From assembly GCA_964016885.1 (NCBI GenBank), contig OZ024756.1, forward strand, positions 39,618,001 to 39,682,000: DNA of 64,000 bases, read 5' to 3'. Positions within the stretch are counted from its first letter, which is position 1. Each line of letters opens with the position of its first letter. Below are positions 1-12,626 of the stretch, in pieces. A program made the translations under genes and the position numbers. The notes beneath the pieces are model-generated. The model searched no databases and was not told where the DNA came from. It saw nothing but the letters and a program-made list of their open reading frames with translations. The stretch is from Eledone cirrhosa. Its lineage: Eukaryota.

Positions 1-267
1 TGAGTCTAAAGTCCCTTGAGAAGGTAATATGGAGTGGGTTCATGAAATATGGGTTTGGGGAAGGCAGTGTATATTTCAGCCAGTTAAAATAGGATGTCAT
101 GGCTATGTGGCTAGATTCATTATCTGGCTGGTATTGGACTTGGAATGGAGAGTAGAGAGGTGACTGAAGGAATAAGGAGAGGCGGGGACATCTTCATCAT
201 AGAGAGGTAAAATCATATAAGTGAAAGACCGGCATTGAGAGTAAACCCTCAGCCAGGAGTAAATACT

Positions 268-458
268 ATAATTATTTCTACTTTTTGGCGCAAGGCCAGA
301 AATTATCTCAGTGTATTACTGGTACTTTATTTTATCGACCCCCGTAAGGATGAAAGGCAAAGTTAACCTCGGCGGGATTTGAACTCAGACCATAAAAGGC
401 CGTAACTCTTTGCTGCAAAGCATAGCGTCCGACCCTCTACCGATACTGCCAATCCAGT
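268..458 (-). mobile_element. tRNA-headed SINE with Nin-like central domain (family S1)
   Basis: Minus strand reads TGGCAGTATCGGTAGAG (A-box-like), GAGTTCAAATCC (B-box), then GCCTTTCATCCTTACGGGG..TCGATAAA..AAAGTACC and a (TTA)-type tail. About 11 copies occur in the window. Confidence 0.85.
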
Positions 459-891
459 GGTTACAAGGACATCACTATTTTGGTGATGGTGGCATAGATG
501 GCCACGGAAAAATGTGCTCCAGAATGGCCAATGAAGCCAGAATATTTCCTGATGGCATCAACGATGTTGGTTAGAGCTAGAGGGAGAAATACTGAGAACA
601 AGTGTTGGAATTAATTATATATCCCGTCGAGAGCTGATTATAGAAAGTTGTGTAGGGGGAGGAGAATGTAGCAGATATAGATATATGGGGGCGTGTGTAT
701 GTGCGCGTGTGTATGTGTGTGTATTCGTGTGTATGTGTATGTGTGTGTACATATACATGTATGTGTAAATATATGTGTATTACACAGGCACAAACAAAAT
801 ACACAAACACATGTATAGATATATATATATATACATGTGTGTGTGAAGATATATGTATACACACAAACAAACATATATATATATATATGTG

Positions 892-975
<84 letters not shown>

Positions 976-978
<3 letters not shown>

Positions 979-1562
979 TCATCATCATCATCATCAACGT
1001 TTAACGTCCGTGTTCCACGCTTGCATGGGTTTGGACGGGGGTAGTCCCACTTGAGGCAAGAGTGATTGTCTTGCTCGCATAGGACTGTCTGGCAGGTTTT
1101 CTACAGTTGGATGCCCTTCCTAACACCAACCACATTTACAGTGTGGGTCTGGGAGGTTTTTACCGTGTTGCCTACACGGCCACATTACAGCGTGGACTGT
1201 GTGTTTTTTTGTCGTGACACCTACACGATCTCATTTGTTTCGGCCTGGATGGCGCGGCACCAACATAACTTTACATGGAACGGGGTGGTGTGGATGGGGT
1301 GGGGGTGGTGGCGGGACGGGGTGTATTTTGTTAGAGATGCCTACTGGCAAGGCGGGTCTTCTCTGTTACTGAGTACCGCCAAAGGTCTCGGTCCAGTGAC
1401 ATTGTCTTGGAGAGGTGTAAGTGTGTGAGGTCGGAGTTTATCAGCTCGTCCCATGTTTTTCTAGGTCTGCCTATTCCGTGGCTACCGTCTATCTTTATTG
1501 CCCTGCACTTTGTTATACAGCTATCGACTTTCATGCGCATCACGTGTCCATACCAACGCAGC

Positions 1563-1563
<1 letters not shown>
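976..1563 (-). mobile_element. RTE-clade LINE 3' fragment with (TGA)n tail
   Basis: Minus frame [10 protein letters not shown]...GRPRKTWDE...DRDLWR is the typical RTE C-terminus, followed by a 3'UTR and (CAT)n at 976-995. Confidence 0.85.
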
Positions 1564-1597
<34 letters not shown>

Positions 1598-1646
1598 GTG
1601 TATATATATATGTGTATATATATACATATATATATATATGTATATA

Positions 1647-1700
<54 letters not shown>

Positions 1701-1704
<4 letters not shown>

Positions 1705-2260
1705 GATAAGCAGAACAAGTAAAATTCAATCAATTTTTCAAAATACATTAAAAAATATAATATAAATATTTACCTCTTCTAGTGGCCCTTACTGATCAGT
1801 TTCGCTTTGTAAAACCTCATAAATCCGATGGATTTATGATGGAAAACCAAAGCTCATCAGAGAAGCATTTTCCCTTCCTAGGGCTAAACGTCCCAGGAAC
1901 GACAAAATATACAACCTCCTGCCAGCTAATAAAGGTCTGAAAGGTCGTAAAAGTGACCCGTATGTAAACTGGACCGAAGTAAAAGCGGGAAAATCAAAGA
2001 CTTGCTGTCTACAATTACTACTAAAAAAATAGCAGCCAGGTAGAGCAACAGATTTGTTCTCAACGGACGGAGAAAAAGGTAGAAGTTAATATGTCCAGGG
2101 ATACTAGGTACCCCTAGAAATACATAGGTTGTCTATGATTCAAGGTTGTTCAATGGTGTTAATTTGATACACCAGAACTTTAATATTAAGATAAGCAGAA
2201 CAAGTAAAATTCAATCAATTTTTCAAAATACATTAAAAAATATAATATAAATATTTACCT

Positions 2261-2263
<3 letters not shown>
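1701..2263 (-). mobile_element. Penelope-like partial-tandem (pseudo-LTR) insertion between (TA)n tracts
   Basis: Identical 78-bp direct repeats at 1701-1778 and 2186-2263, an internal HHR, and (TA)n on both sides. Minus strand near 2135-2185 reads LKFWCIKLTPLNNLES*, weakly PLE C-terminus-like. Confidence 0.7.
1786..1866 (-). ncRNA. Type-I hammerhead ribozyme motif (canonical core, long stem II)
   Basis: Minus strand: uucu-CUGAUGA-GCUUUG...UCAUAAAUCC auc GGAUUUAUGA...CAAAGC-GAAA-CUGAUCAG-UA-aggg. Palindromic stem III, GUA triplet. Confidence 0.8.
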
Positions 2264-2294
<31 letters not shown>

Positions 2295-2403
2295 TGTTTG
2301 TATGTATACATACATCTTCACACACACATGCATATATATATATTTATACATGTGTTTGTGTATTTTGTTTGTGCCTGTGTAATATACATATATTTACACA
2401 CAG

Positions 2404-2445
<42 letters not shown>

Positions 2446-2466
2446 ATATATATATATACATATATA

Positions 2467-2596
<130 letters not shown>

Positions 2597-2689
2597 CTCG
2601 TATATGCCAAACTATCAGAACCTATTGATATTACATAAGAAAAGAAATGGAAAAATTACATTTACGGACAATTGGGAATAATGGGAATG

Positions 2690-3340
2690 TAAAATAAATA
2701 TATAACAATGAGTACGACTTACATACATATATTTATATATACATACACACACATACATACATATACACACACATTCATACACACAGACAATCACACACTC
2801 ACACACATACATACTCACACTCAGACACACACACTCACATTCACACACACACTCACAGACATAGATACACAGACATACATACATACACACAGACATACAC
2901 CCACATACATACATACATACATACACACAGACATACACCCACTCACACACACACACACTCCCACTTACACACACACACACACATAGATATACACAGACAT
3001 ACACCCACTCACACACACACACACACTCACACTCACACTCACACATACATACACACACACACAGACATACCTCCACTCACACACACACAGTCACACTCAC
3101 ACATATACACACACTCACACACATACACACACTCACAGTCACATACACACACTCACTGCCACACACACACACACACACTCACACACACACACCCTCACAC
3201 TAACACACACAGACATACATACACTCACACACACATACATACACCCACATACACACACTCACACCCACACACACACACTTACACATACTCACAGACACAC
3301 ACAATATACACAAACACATACAAACACACACAGTGACATA
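2690..3340. repeat. Degenerate (CA)n compound microsatellite
   Basis: Direct inspection. Confidence 0.9.
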
Positions 3341-3633
3341 CGTATATGCGTAAATGTGCGTGGGTGTGTAAGCGTATTTCTTTCAGTGTTTCTGTTTCAT
3401 ATATACATATATATATATTAAAATACAAATATTAATAAAATAGATGTTCTTTTGATCGATTACATTAATATTAATAACCCTGGAAAATAATAACCGTAGA
3501 GTGCTTCCAATCTACTGTAAAACTCATTCTTTGATATACTCATTGAATTTTGTTTAACTCTTTAATACATATATATATATATGTATATATGCATATATGT
3601 ATGTATATGTATACATGTGTATATGTATATGTA

Positions 3634-3719
<86 letters not shown>

Positions 3720-3844
3720 GTGTGTGTGTGTGTATTTATATATAGTTTCGTTGAGAAGTATATTAATGTGCACAGATATATTGCCCTTGGTATGACAGTG
3801 TGGTTTTAGCTCAATGTAGGATACCTAGTGTACTACAGAGCCGT

Positions 3845-4074
3845 TATAAGTTTAGGAATAACCAAAGAGTGCTTAGAAATACATTGTTTTATTTGGTAAC
3901 AGTGTTTCATCCATACCCTAGGGCAGGAATCATCGGAGCTTATAAACAAAAATAGATCAAAGGTTGAAACCGTTTATAAGCTCCGATGATTCCTGCCCTA
4001 GGGTATGGATGAAACACTGTTAGCAAATAAAACAATGTATTTCTAAGCACTCTTTGGTTATTCCTAAACTTATA
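3845..4074. mobile_element. Fold-back element family C (HHR-like, PLE-derived)
   Basis: Inverted arms of about 100 bp (3845-3947 and 3972-4074). Right arm reads gcu-CCGAUGA-uuccugcccuaggguauggau-GAAA-cacug-UU-agc and ends at (TA)n. Confidence 0.65.
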
Positions 4075-4109
4075 TATATATATTGAGAGAGAGAGAGATA
4101 TGTATATAC

Positions 4110-4172
<63 letters not shown>

Positions 4173-4175
<3 letters not shown>

Positions 4176-4370
4176 CGAAGGAAATGTGGTAAGGAACCAG
4201 GTGGACCATAAAGCACCAAAGTACTCAATACTTAGGGTAGTAGAGTGGGTAATAGGAACCAGTAAGACCCCGACGGCTGAGCTCAAGCCGTTTCGTCGGC
4301 TAATTCATGAATTCATGAATTAGCCGTCGAAACGGCTTGAGCTCAGCCGTCGGGATCTTACTGGTTCCTA
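4173..4370. mobile_element. Fold-back element family A
   Basis: Asymmetric inverted repeat centred near 4313. Arms contain GAAA-CGGC-uugagcuca-GCCG-UC (HHR 3' half) and both ends meet (TA)n. Confidence 0.8.
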
Positions 4371-4903
4371 TATATATATATATATATATATATAGATATA
4401 GATATATAGATATATACTCGCATATATTCATATTTAATTTGTTGAAGTATTAAATTCTGTCGATGTTTTCAATAAAATTTGTTCAATTGCTGTAATTAAT
4501 CTTTTCTCCCATTTCTAATATACTTGTTTGATAAAAGGTCGTTTCAAATATCTATTATATAATTAGTTACCAATATAGCTCTCGTAGATTTATATTTTAC
4601 TATTCATGCAACTTTCTTTACCAAATACTGCTTTGAAGTTCTCTGTTATGCTTCGTTTATCTAATATTCGTTTCATATCGTCTCGGTAAATTCTTCTGTC
4701 ACATCTGTGTTTAATACTATTTGGCTGCGACGTAACATTAAAACTTAATCGAATGTCCTGAAACATTTGTAGAATTCTGAAAACATTGGATTGGCTGGCT
4801 TGTGTATAAATATATTTCAATTATGATATATATACATATATACATAAGCAAATGAGATGAGTGAATGGAGGAGTTACAAGCCGTTAAAACAATTCTTTAT
4901 ATA

Positions 4904-4944
4904 GCTCTTACACGCGTTTCGCCCAGGACTCTTCTGGGCAGAGG
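4904..4944 (-). ncRNA. Degenerate HHR (core partly deleted)
   Basis: Minus strand: cucu-GCCCAG aagaguc CUGGGC-GAAA-cgcgug-UA-agagc. Stems I-III are present but CUGANGA is incomplete. Confidence 0.45.
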
Positions 4945-5204
4945 TTCTTATGGTTACATCTGTAGTTATAAATACCGTTGTATATACATACATACATACA
5001 TACATACATACATACATACATACATACATACATACATACATACATACATACATACATACATACATACATACATACATACATACATGATGGCTGCCCCCTC
5101 GTTATCGAGTATGGTCATTGCCGAAAAAAAAACATAATAACGACAATAATAATAATAACAATAACAACAAGAATAACAATAATAAAATATATATATATGT
5201 ATAT

Positions 5205-5305
<101 letters not shown>

Positions 5306-5489
5306 GACACAATAACAATTAACGATACTGCCATCGAATGTGGCTTTTTACCGAAGCCAATGATCTAAAATGTCTTGCACAGAGTTGGCAACCAAAACAT
5401 TCACTGGGAATAGCCGGCTGTGGTTGGGGTTCATGTACGTTTGCATACATACATAAATACATACATACATACATATATACATACATACA

Positions 5490-5725
5490 CCATTATTGGA
5501 GCTACGGGTTATATACCAACCCGCTTGGACCAATGTATAACTGAACTTGGATTTGCGGACAAAGAGCGCAGCTCCCTAATTCATAGTCTACAAATGGTTG
5601 CGATAGCTGGCACATTCAAAATTTGCAAAACATTCTTGCGATTCAAGGGATGACAATTTCTTTTCTTTTACCAGGAAGGTGGCCGGTCAAAAAATATACT
5701 CGAAATTAAGAGAAAGAGATAACAT
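5490..5725 (+). mobile_element. R4-like (RLE) LINE 3' fragment embedded in (TACA)n
   Basis: IIGATG...LGF...LQMVAIAGTFKICKTF* resembles the RLE C-terminus. Its 3' end (ggccggtcaaaa...agagataacatac) recurs at 30284-30325. Confidence 0.7.
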
Positions 5726-5967
5726 ACATACATAAATACATACACACATACATATATACATACAAGTTCTCTATGTATATATGTTTGCGTATACATGCAT
5801 AGAATGTGTGTGTGTCTGTAAGAAGAGTATATTCCTTTATACATACGTGTGGATGTACGTCAAAAAAGGGTAATAAACTACTTAATACACTGACAACAAC
5901 TATGCCAACTATACAAAAGTAGGTGACTATACAATATATAGGACTATTCTACAGAATTCGTAATATA

Positions 5968-6032
5968 ATCGGCGGACAGAATGGAGAAGGCGTTTCCCCG
6001 GAGGACGGCAAGGGAGACGCGCTGGAAAAACC
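5968..6032 (-). mobile_element. CRE-like RLE LINE C-terminal stub
   Basis: WFFQRVSLAVLRGNAFSILSA matches the F-Q-R-x-S-x-A-x-x-R-G-N-A C-terminal motif. A homolog lies at 45770-45910. Confidence 0.6.
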
Positions 6033-6849
6033 ATTCCATACATATATATACAAAGCATTTGTATAATTTGGAAAACATTAGCTGGTTGGTGTATAAATAT
6101 ATTTCAATTATGATATATTTACTTACACTTAAATCTACTCTAGTAGATTTAAAAATCAGATCGTGAAGGAGGACAACAAACAATATATTAAAAGTAATTC
6201 GTTTTCTAATGAAAAACCGACATCGTTCTTGAGAATTATCAATCAACCAGCCATTGATTGTAAGGACATGAGATATCATTTCAATAAATTTTTTTCGGAA
6301 ATTAGTATGTTTAATGTTATCAATCATATTGTAATATTAAAGTACACATACGAATAATGCTTGAGGCGGAAGCAATTAGAATCTAATAACAGTTTAAAGT
6401 ATTTGTTTCTTGATAATGTAGAATTAATAATTAGTTACTAGAGGAGATATTAAATAGAAAATGAAACTTGACATCTATTTTGATAACTATCTTATTTTTT
6501 CTCAATATGAAAACTATTTGTTGTTAGTCAAATTGATTATCGTTCAATATTAGTTTTCTAGCATTCTATTTATAAAGCTATAAAGTGAAGTAAACCATAT
6601 AATAATGTTTCTTTAAATTACAAAAAATAACTGTATGAATTTGTTTGTTGAAATGACATATGCTAAGATAATTAGTTGGATATTAACAAACTATACATCA
6701 AAACTTAATGTTATTGAAAAATATATGATTGCAAATTATATATATGTTTGTCTTTAAGAAAGGTATTACCACTTTCTACATAGTTGGTATATAAATGACT
6801 TTTCGTCTGTGATCGACGGTCTTAAAGCCCATTTTGCTTTGTTTTTTTT

Positions 6850-7180
6850 TGCTACAAATGACCGTGGGTTTGTACACCACCTAGAAAGCTCCCCTCTGAC
6901 TCACAAGCCTGGGCAACGTGTGCTTGTGTAGAAGATCAGAAGTCGCCTATGCATGCCTCCTCCTCTTTTCACGCCAACGATGTTGTCCGAAGGAAAGTCC
7001 GATACAGCTTGGCACCGTTGACGTTATCTAGCCGCAATTCATTTCTACAGCTGAGTAAACTGGAGTAACGTGAAAATCAAGTGTCATATCAATGACGCAA
7101 CACACCTCCCGATCCGGGAATCTAACTCACAACCACGTGATTGTTATTCCAATGCTCTAACAACTAAGCTACATACCTTC
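6850..7180 (-). mobile_element. tRNA-headed SINE, octopus OK-like family (S2), degenerate
   Basis: catttctacagctgagtaaactggagtaacgtgaaa...tgctctaacaactaagc is the reverse complement of the head at 17702. A 3' body with gatacagcttggcacc follows. Confidence 0.65.
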
Positions 7181-7826
7181 ATAGTTTTTATATATCTCGA
7201 GATATTTTATACCTCGTTACAATTAACAAAGCAATTATGTCTTCCTAACGCTTCACAATTGTTTTTTAAGTGAAAATTTAAGTGCCGACGAAAGGTTCTC
7301 GTCATGTACAAACAATACTTAAGGATGTGAAACTTGATCCACAATATGATTATAAGGAATATGTGCTGTTGGTGATTATAAATGACACTGATTGTCATAC
7401 TAGAAGTGACATACTAATTGGTTGAAATAGATTTAATATAGTGTAGTAAATAAATATATGCAGATACACGAGCAGAAGCCAAATTGATATCTAAACATAC
7501 AAAGCATAGATATGATTCCATAAAGGATGCATTTAAGATGCTAATGAAAGGCTTCGCTCGTTAGTTTAGAAGTTCTAATCAACGTTTCTAATGAATTATA
7601 AAGGCTCTAATACCAACACGGATCATTGATCAAGTATTTCTTCATTGTAAGAAGAACAAATATATTAGAGATATAAAATGGCAGAATACTCAGAAATGTC
7701 TTTTAATTCATACATATTGATGAAAGGATTATGATTAAGACTAATATATATATATATATATATAGTAATAATAATAACAACAATAATAATAATAATAATA
7801 ATAATAGTAATAATAATAATAATAAT

Positions 7827-7863
<37 letters not shown>

Positions 7864-7891
7864 TGTCAGGATATAGAAATATATGTATATA

Positions 7892-7945
<54 letters not shown>

Positions 7946-7948
<3 letters not shown>

Positions 7949-8137
7949 CGAAGGAAATGTGGTAAGGAACCAGGTGGACCATAACGCACCAAAGTACTCA
8001 ATACTTGGGGTAGTAGAGTGAGTAATAGGAACCAGTAAGACCCCGACAGCTGAGCTCAAGCCGTTTCGACGGCTAATTCTGGACTCTGAATTAGCCGTCG
8101 AAACGGCTTGAGCTCAGCTGTCGGGGTCTTACTGGTT

Positions 8138-8141
<4 letters not shown>
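7946..8141. mobile_element. Fold-back element family A
   Basis: Near-identical to 4173-4370, centred near 8083 and flanked by (TA)n. Confidence 0.8.
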
Positions 8142-8203
<62 letters not shown>

Positions 8204-8801
8204 TCCGTGTGTGTGTATATGTTTGTGGAAATATATATTGTTATAGTTACTGGTGAAAATGGCGCAGGTAACATTTCCATTGAAACAGGAACATTTCATT
8301 TATATAGTTGTTAACAATGCGATTGTTTAAGAATGGTTTCAGCTTCTGTATTTACATAGTTGCTTAATGAATTATTTAAAAAGGCAACAACATCTAAATA
8401 TAGATTTAATATTCTTACATTGAATTCTAAACATATGGATATGTCAAATTTACTGAATAAAATTATCTCTGACAGTGAAACAAATGTATCAGGTGTAGCT
8501 ATTGATTCTCAGATTCCCGGCATTCATTCATAAGCAATTACTTCTATGTTCTAAGCGCTGGTGTCGCTTGAAGTGATGTTGGCTTTTAAGATTGAATTGA
8601 TATAACATGTTGTAGCTGTAGTAGTAATCAAACGTTAATTGTAACTAGTATATTGGTTACTAATTAGATTCTTTGTTTAAATCCCAAGATTAATTTATAT
8701 ATGAAGTCGTTTAGTTGAGTAATTCTACTAACATAACGTACGAATATTTCTTTCATAGACAAGTGTGTTAAGTGAGAAGTATACACAATGGTGTATATAT
8801 G

Positions 8802-8871
<70 letters not shown>

Positions 8872-8952
8872 TACACACATATATGTATATATATACAGTT
8901 ATATATATACACCCTTGTGACGATGATATACATATACATGCATACATACAAT

Positions 8953-9091
<139 letters not shown>

Positions 9092-9412
9092 CATCGTCTC
9101 AAAGAATTATTTATTTGATCAGTTCATTTTTGTTTCATTGGAGAAGGTGGAAATGGATACATGTGGAAATGGATACATGTCCATAAAGGTCGAAATGGAA
9201 ATGGAAATGGATACATGTGAATATACATACATCCATACATAAATACCTACACCATACATCCATACATCCATCCATTAATACATACATACATACATACATA
9301 CATACATACATCCATACATACATACATACATACATCCACCCATACATCCATCCATTAATATATACATACATACATACATACATACATACATACATACATA
9401 CATACATACATA

Positions 9413-10007
9413 CATGGTGGCTGCCAACTCGTTTTCGAGTACGGCCACTACTTTATATCCATGTAGGAGAACGCCTACCGATGCGCTGAACGAGTGTGAC
9501 TTTTTAGTCCAGCCAGCGTATTGAAAACTCTGGTACAAACACTACACTTGTGACAATTATTGACACATAGTGCTGGGCCCATGGTACCATGTGAGGACAA
9601 GTGCAGAGAGATCTCCAGATATAAAGCAATGCCTGTGCCGTGAAGCTTTTATAGTGAGCAAAGGCACTGCACAAAGCCAGTCCCACTCTCTTAACCAAGA
9701 TGATATTTACCAAAAAGAAGAACAAGTCAACATCATTGGATACCATCAGGGTTGCAGGTGTTATATCAGAGTTTTCCTTCTCCTAGAATTCTGCCTTGAC
9801 AAAGGCTAAGGGGACATCTCTCCCGGTGATTTTGGATGGCCATTGACTCTTAAGAGCTCCTTTGCCCTTTGACAGGTTTTGTTTTTAGTCCTGCAGGATG
9901 TCCAAAGTCACCCTCCTCACCAAGAAACCTTGGTGGGGTTGCCAGTTTAGTCGCCAACGTCCCGACCATGAGACAGGTTGTACTGGGATACATGTTACCA
10001 GTAGCAC
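9413..10007 (-). mobile_element. Non-autonomous RTE derivative (5'UTR fused to 3' end), copy 1
   Basis: Minus strand encodes the C2H2 finger CSVCTRVFNTLAGLKSHTRSAHR* (about 9475-9546), then an RTE-type 3' stem-loop (CTCG aaaa CGAG) and a (TATG)n tail. Near-identical copies start at 21211 and 62888. Confidence 0.8.
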
Positions 10008-10612
10008 ATACATACATACATACATACATACATACATACATACATACATACATACATACATACATACATACATACATACATACATACATACATACATACA
10101 TACATACATAGACGAAGCTGTCATGGAATGTAATCCATTTGAAATTAGATTATATCTATTTCTAATACAATCACGAAGTAAGATACATGTTTATTGAAAA
10201 TATTTCTACATTTAGATGTTATCATTCCTTTAGAAAAAGATATTATATACTCAGCGAGCATAAAATGACAAAATCTAATGCATTCAAAATTTCAAATATA
10301 TATTTCAACATAGAATGGTATTTGCAAATTCTTCACCACTGATATATCTACGTATAGAAGTGTAGTATAATTCTATTGGAATGTAGTTTAACAATGTTTT
10401 ATATCATAGCTTATCTTTCTCTCCTTTCTCTCTCTCGCTATATATATATATATATATTTATTATATATGTCTGCCTGTCTGTTTATATATGTATGTATAC
10501 AAGTGGAATTCTATTGAAAATGTTGTTTAACTATATTTTATATTATAGCTTTTCTCTCTCTCTCTCTCTCTCTTTTTTTCCCTCTCTTTATATATATATA
10601 TATATATATTAA

Positions 10613-10688
<76 letters not shown>

Positions 10689-10804
10689 TATATTCTTTGC
10701 TTAAACTTTAATCTTTTATTTTAATATATATATATATATAAAATATGTTGTGATGCAACACTGAACCCTTGTTCCTTATCCTTATAGTATATATATATAT
10801 AATA

Positions 10805-10842
<38 letters not shown>

Positions 10843-11312
10843 TCCCTCTCTCTCTCTCTCTCTATTCTCACATATATATATTTGCTGCAATGAATTAGTT
10901 GGCAATATATCAGGCTTCCAGTAATAAATTACTTATCATTGCGATATATCTCTCTTCTCGTGTGTTTAACTTATTTTATTTCCCGTTTCTTACTGGACGT
11001 TATTGTAACGAGTTGAATGTTCGATGTTACATAATACAGTGCAAAAGTTTTAATGTCTATTATTCACAGCCAAGAAATATTGCATGAGTAACGCGAGCAG
11101 AAAGACATCATTATGTTTCTCTAGTAGCATCAGCTTTAACTGAAAAGATAACGTGATAAACTACATGTTGAACGATAATGTATTCCAAGTTAGTGGTGCA
11201 TTAACTCCGAAAGTCAGCTAAATATTGCTATATATATGTATTACACTGGGTAGAGGGATTTAGCTGGGTTGGATTTCAACTATCACTATATTTAGTAAAC
11301 TATACGATACTT

Positions 11313-11345
11313 CTTTAAATGTATGGACCTAGAAATAACCTTCGA

Positions 11346-11389
<44 letters not shown>

Positions 11390-11694
11390 TGATTTAAAAC
11401 TGCACTATTCACAAGTGTTTTTTAACCTTCATATCATGTCTCCCTATTTTATCTGACGAAAACGCAAATGTCATCGCATGATGATATTTGTTTTTGAAAT
11501 GCGCATAATAAAATACATGGAACTCTTTTAACCATCTTTTGATCTTATATATTATATATATATATAAGCTAGCTAGTTTCCTAGATGTTATTCTCGAGCT
11601 CAACTCTAGAATCTATGAACCTTGCCATAAAGATAACGAATATCTAACACATATTACACATATTAATCGATATTCTAAGCACCCTAGACCCATA

Positions 11695-11695
<1 letters not shown>
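11313..11695 (+). pseudogene. Penelope-like RT C-terminal/thumb remnant (interrupted)
   Basis: FKCMDLEITFE, then after an interruption ASFLDVILELNSRIYEPCHKDN...INRYSKHPRPII, resembling the PLE FLDV..Y.P..K.N..YIN..SNHP motif. Confidence 0.65.
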
Positions 11696-11725
<30 letters not shown>

Positions 11726-11726
11726 A

Positions 11727-11920
11727 GTTTATCCCGGGTTCAATTGGGAGTAACCACAGTAAGTAAGGTACTCAATACAAAGCAGAGTATAAATATTTAA
11801 TATAGAAAAGGCTTCTAAGCGACTAGAACTGTTTCATTCGGGAGAAATCATCAGGCTTCCTTATGAGTTCTCCCGAATGAAACAGTTCTAGTCCTGTAGA
11901 AGCCTTTTCTACATTAAATA
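11727..11920. mobile_element. Fold-back element family B (HHR)
   Basis: Inverted arms meet at about 11855. Consensus GGCUUC-CUGAUGA-uuucucccgaau-GAAA-CAG uucuaguc CUG-UA-GAAGCC. A divergent family-A stub follows at 11941-11998. Confidence 0.75.
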
Positions 11921-12025
11921 TGAAAAGACTATATATATGAAAAGACTCAGGAACCCGACGGCTGAGCTCCGGCCGCTTTGACAGCTATATCCGAACACAC
12001 ACACACATATATATATATGTGTGTG

Positions 12026-12145
<120 letters not shown>

Positions 12146-12350
12146 GATAGGGAAGTTGCAGCTAATGCAGCATCTCTCGAAAGAACAATTCTCAGAGCTG
12201 GCACAAGCGCTCGATAAGATGATATCGATAAATCGATAAATTAAATCTTAGAGTAATAAACATACGTTAAAAGTGTGACAAATTGAAAACTGTGGCTAGG
12301 TAAAAGAATGCCACAACCGTTACTACAACAACGAAAATACAACCAATACA

Positions 12351-12626
12351 ATAAACGTTTGGAGTTGTAAGGCCAAGACAATGCAGGTATGGATATAGAA
12401 TATAAATTCAAATGCAAAAGATATTGTTGACAATTAGTCTTTTACCTTAAATTTATTTAAATTTATTTTAAATAAATTTATTTTAATAAATTTATTTTAA
12501 ATAAATTTAATTGTCAACAATAAATTTATTTTAAATAATTTAATTGTCAACAATATCTTTTGCATTTGCATTTATATTCTATATCCATACCTGCATTGTC
12601 TTGGCCTTACAACTCCAAACGTTTAT
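12351..12626. repeat. Fold-back/MITE-like inverted repeat with AT-rich palindromic core
   Basis: Arms of about 86 bp (12351-12436 and 12541-12626) are nearly perfect. No HHR is visible. Confidence 0.8.

Noticed and set aside
1-660. Possible decayed coding sequence around the first SINE
   Set aside because: GC is higher, but I found no recognisable motif in any frame I read.
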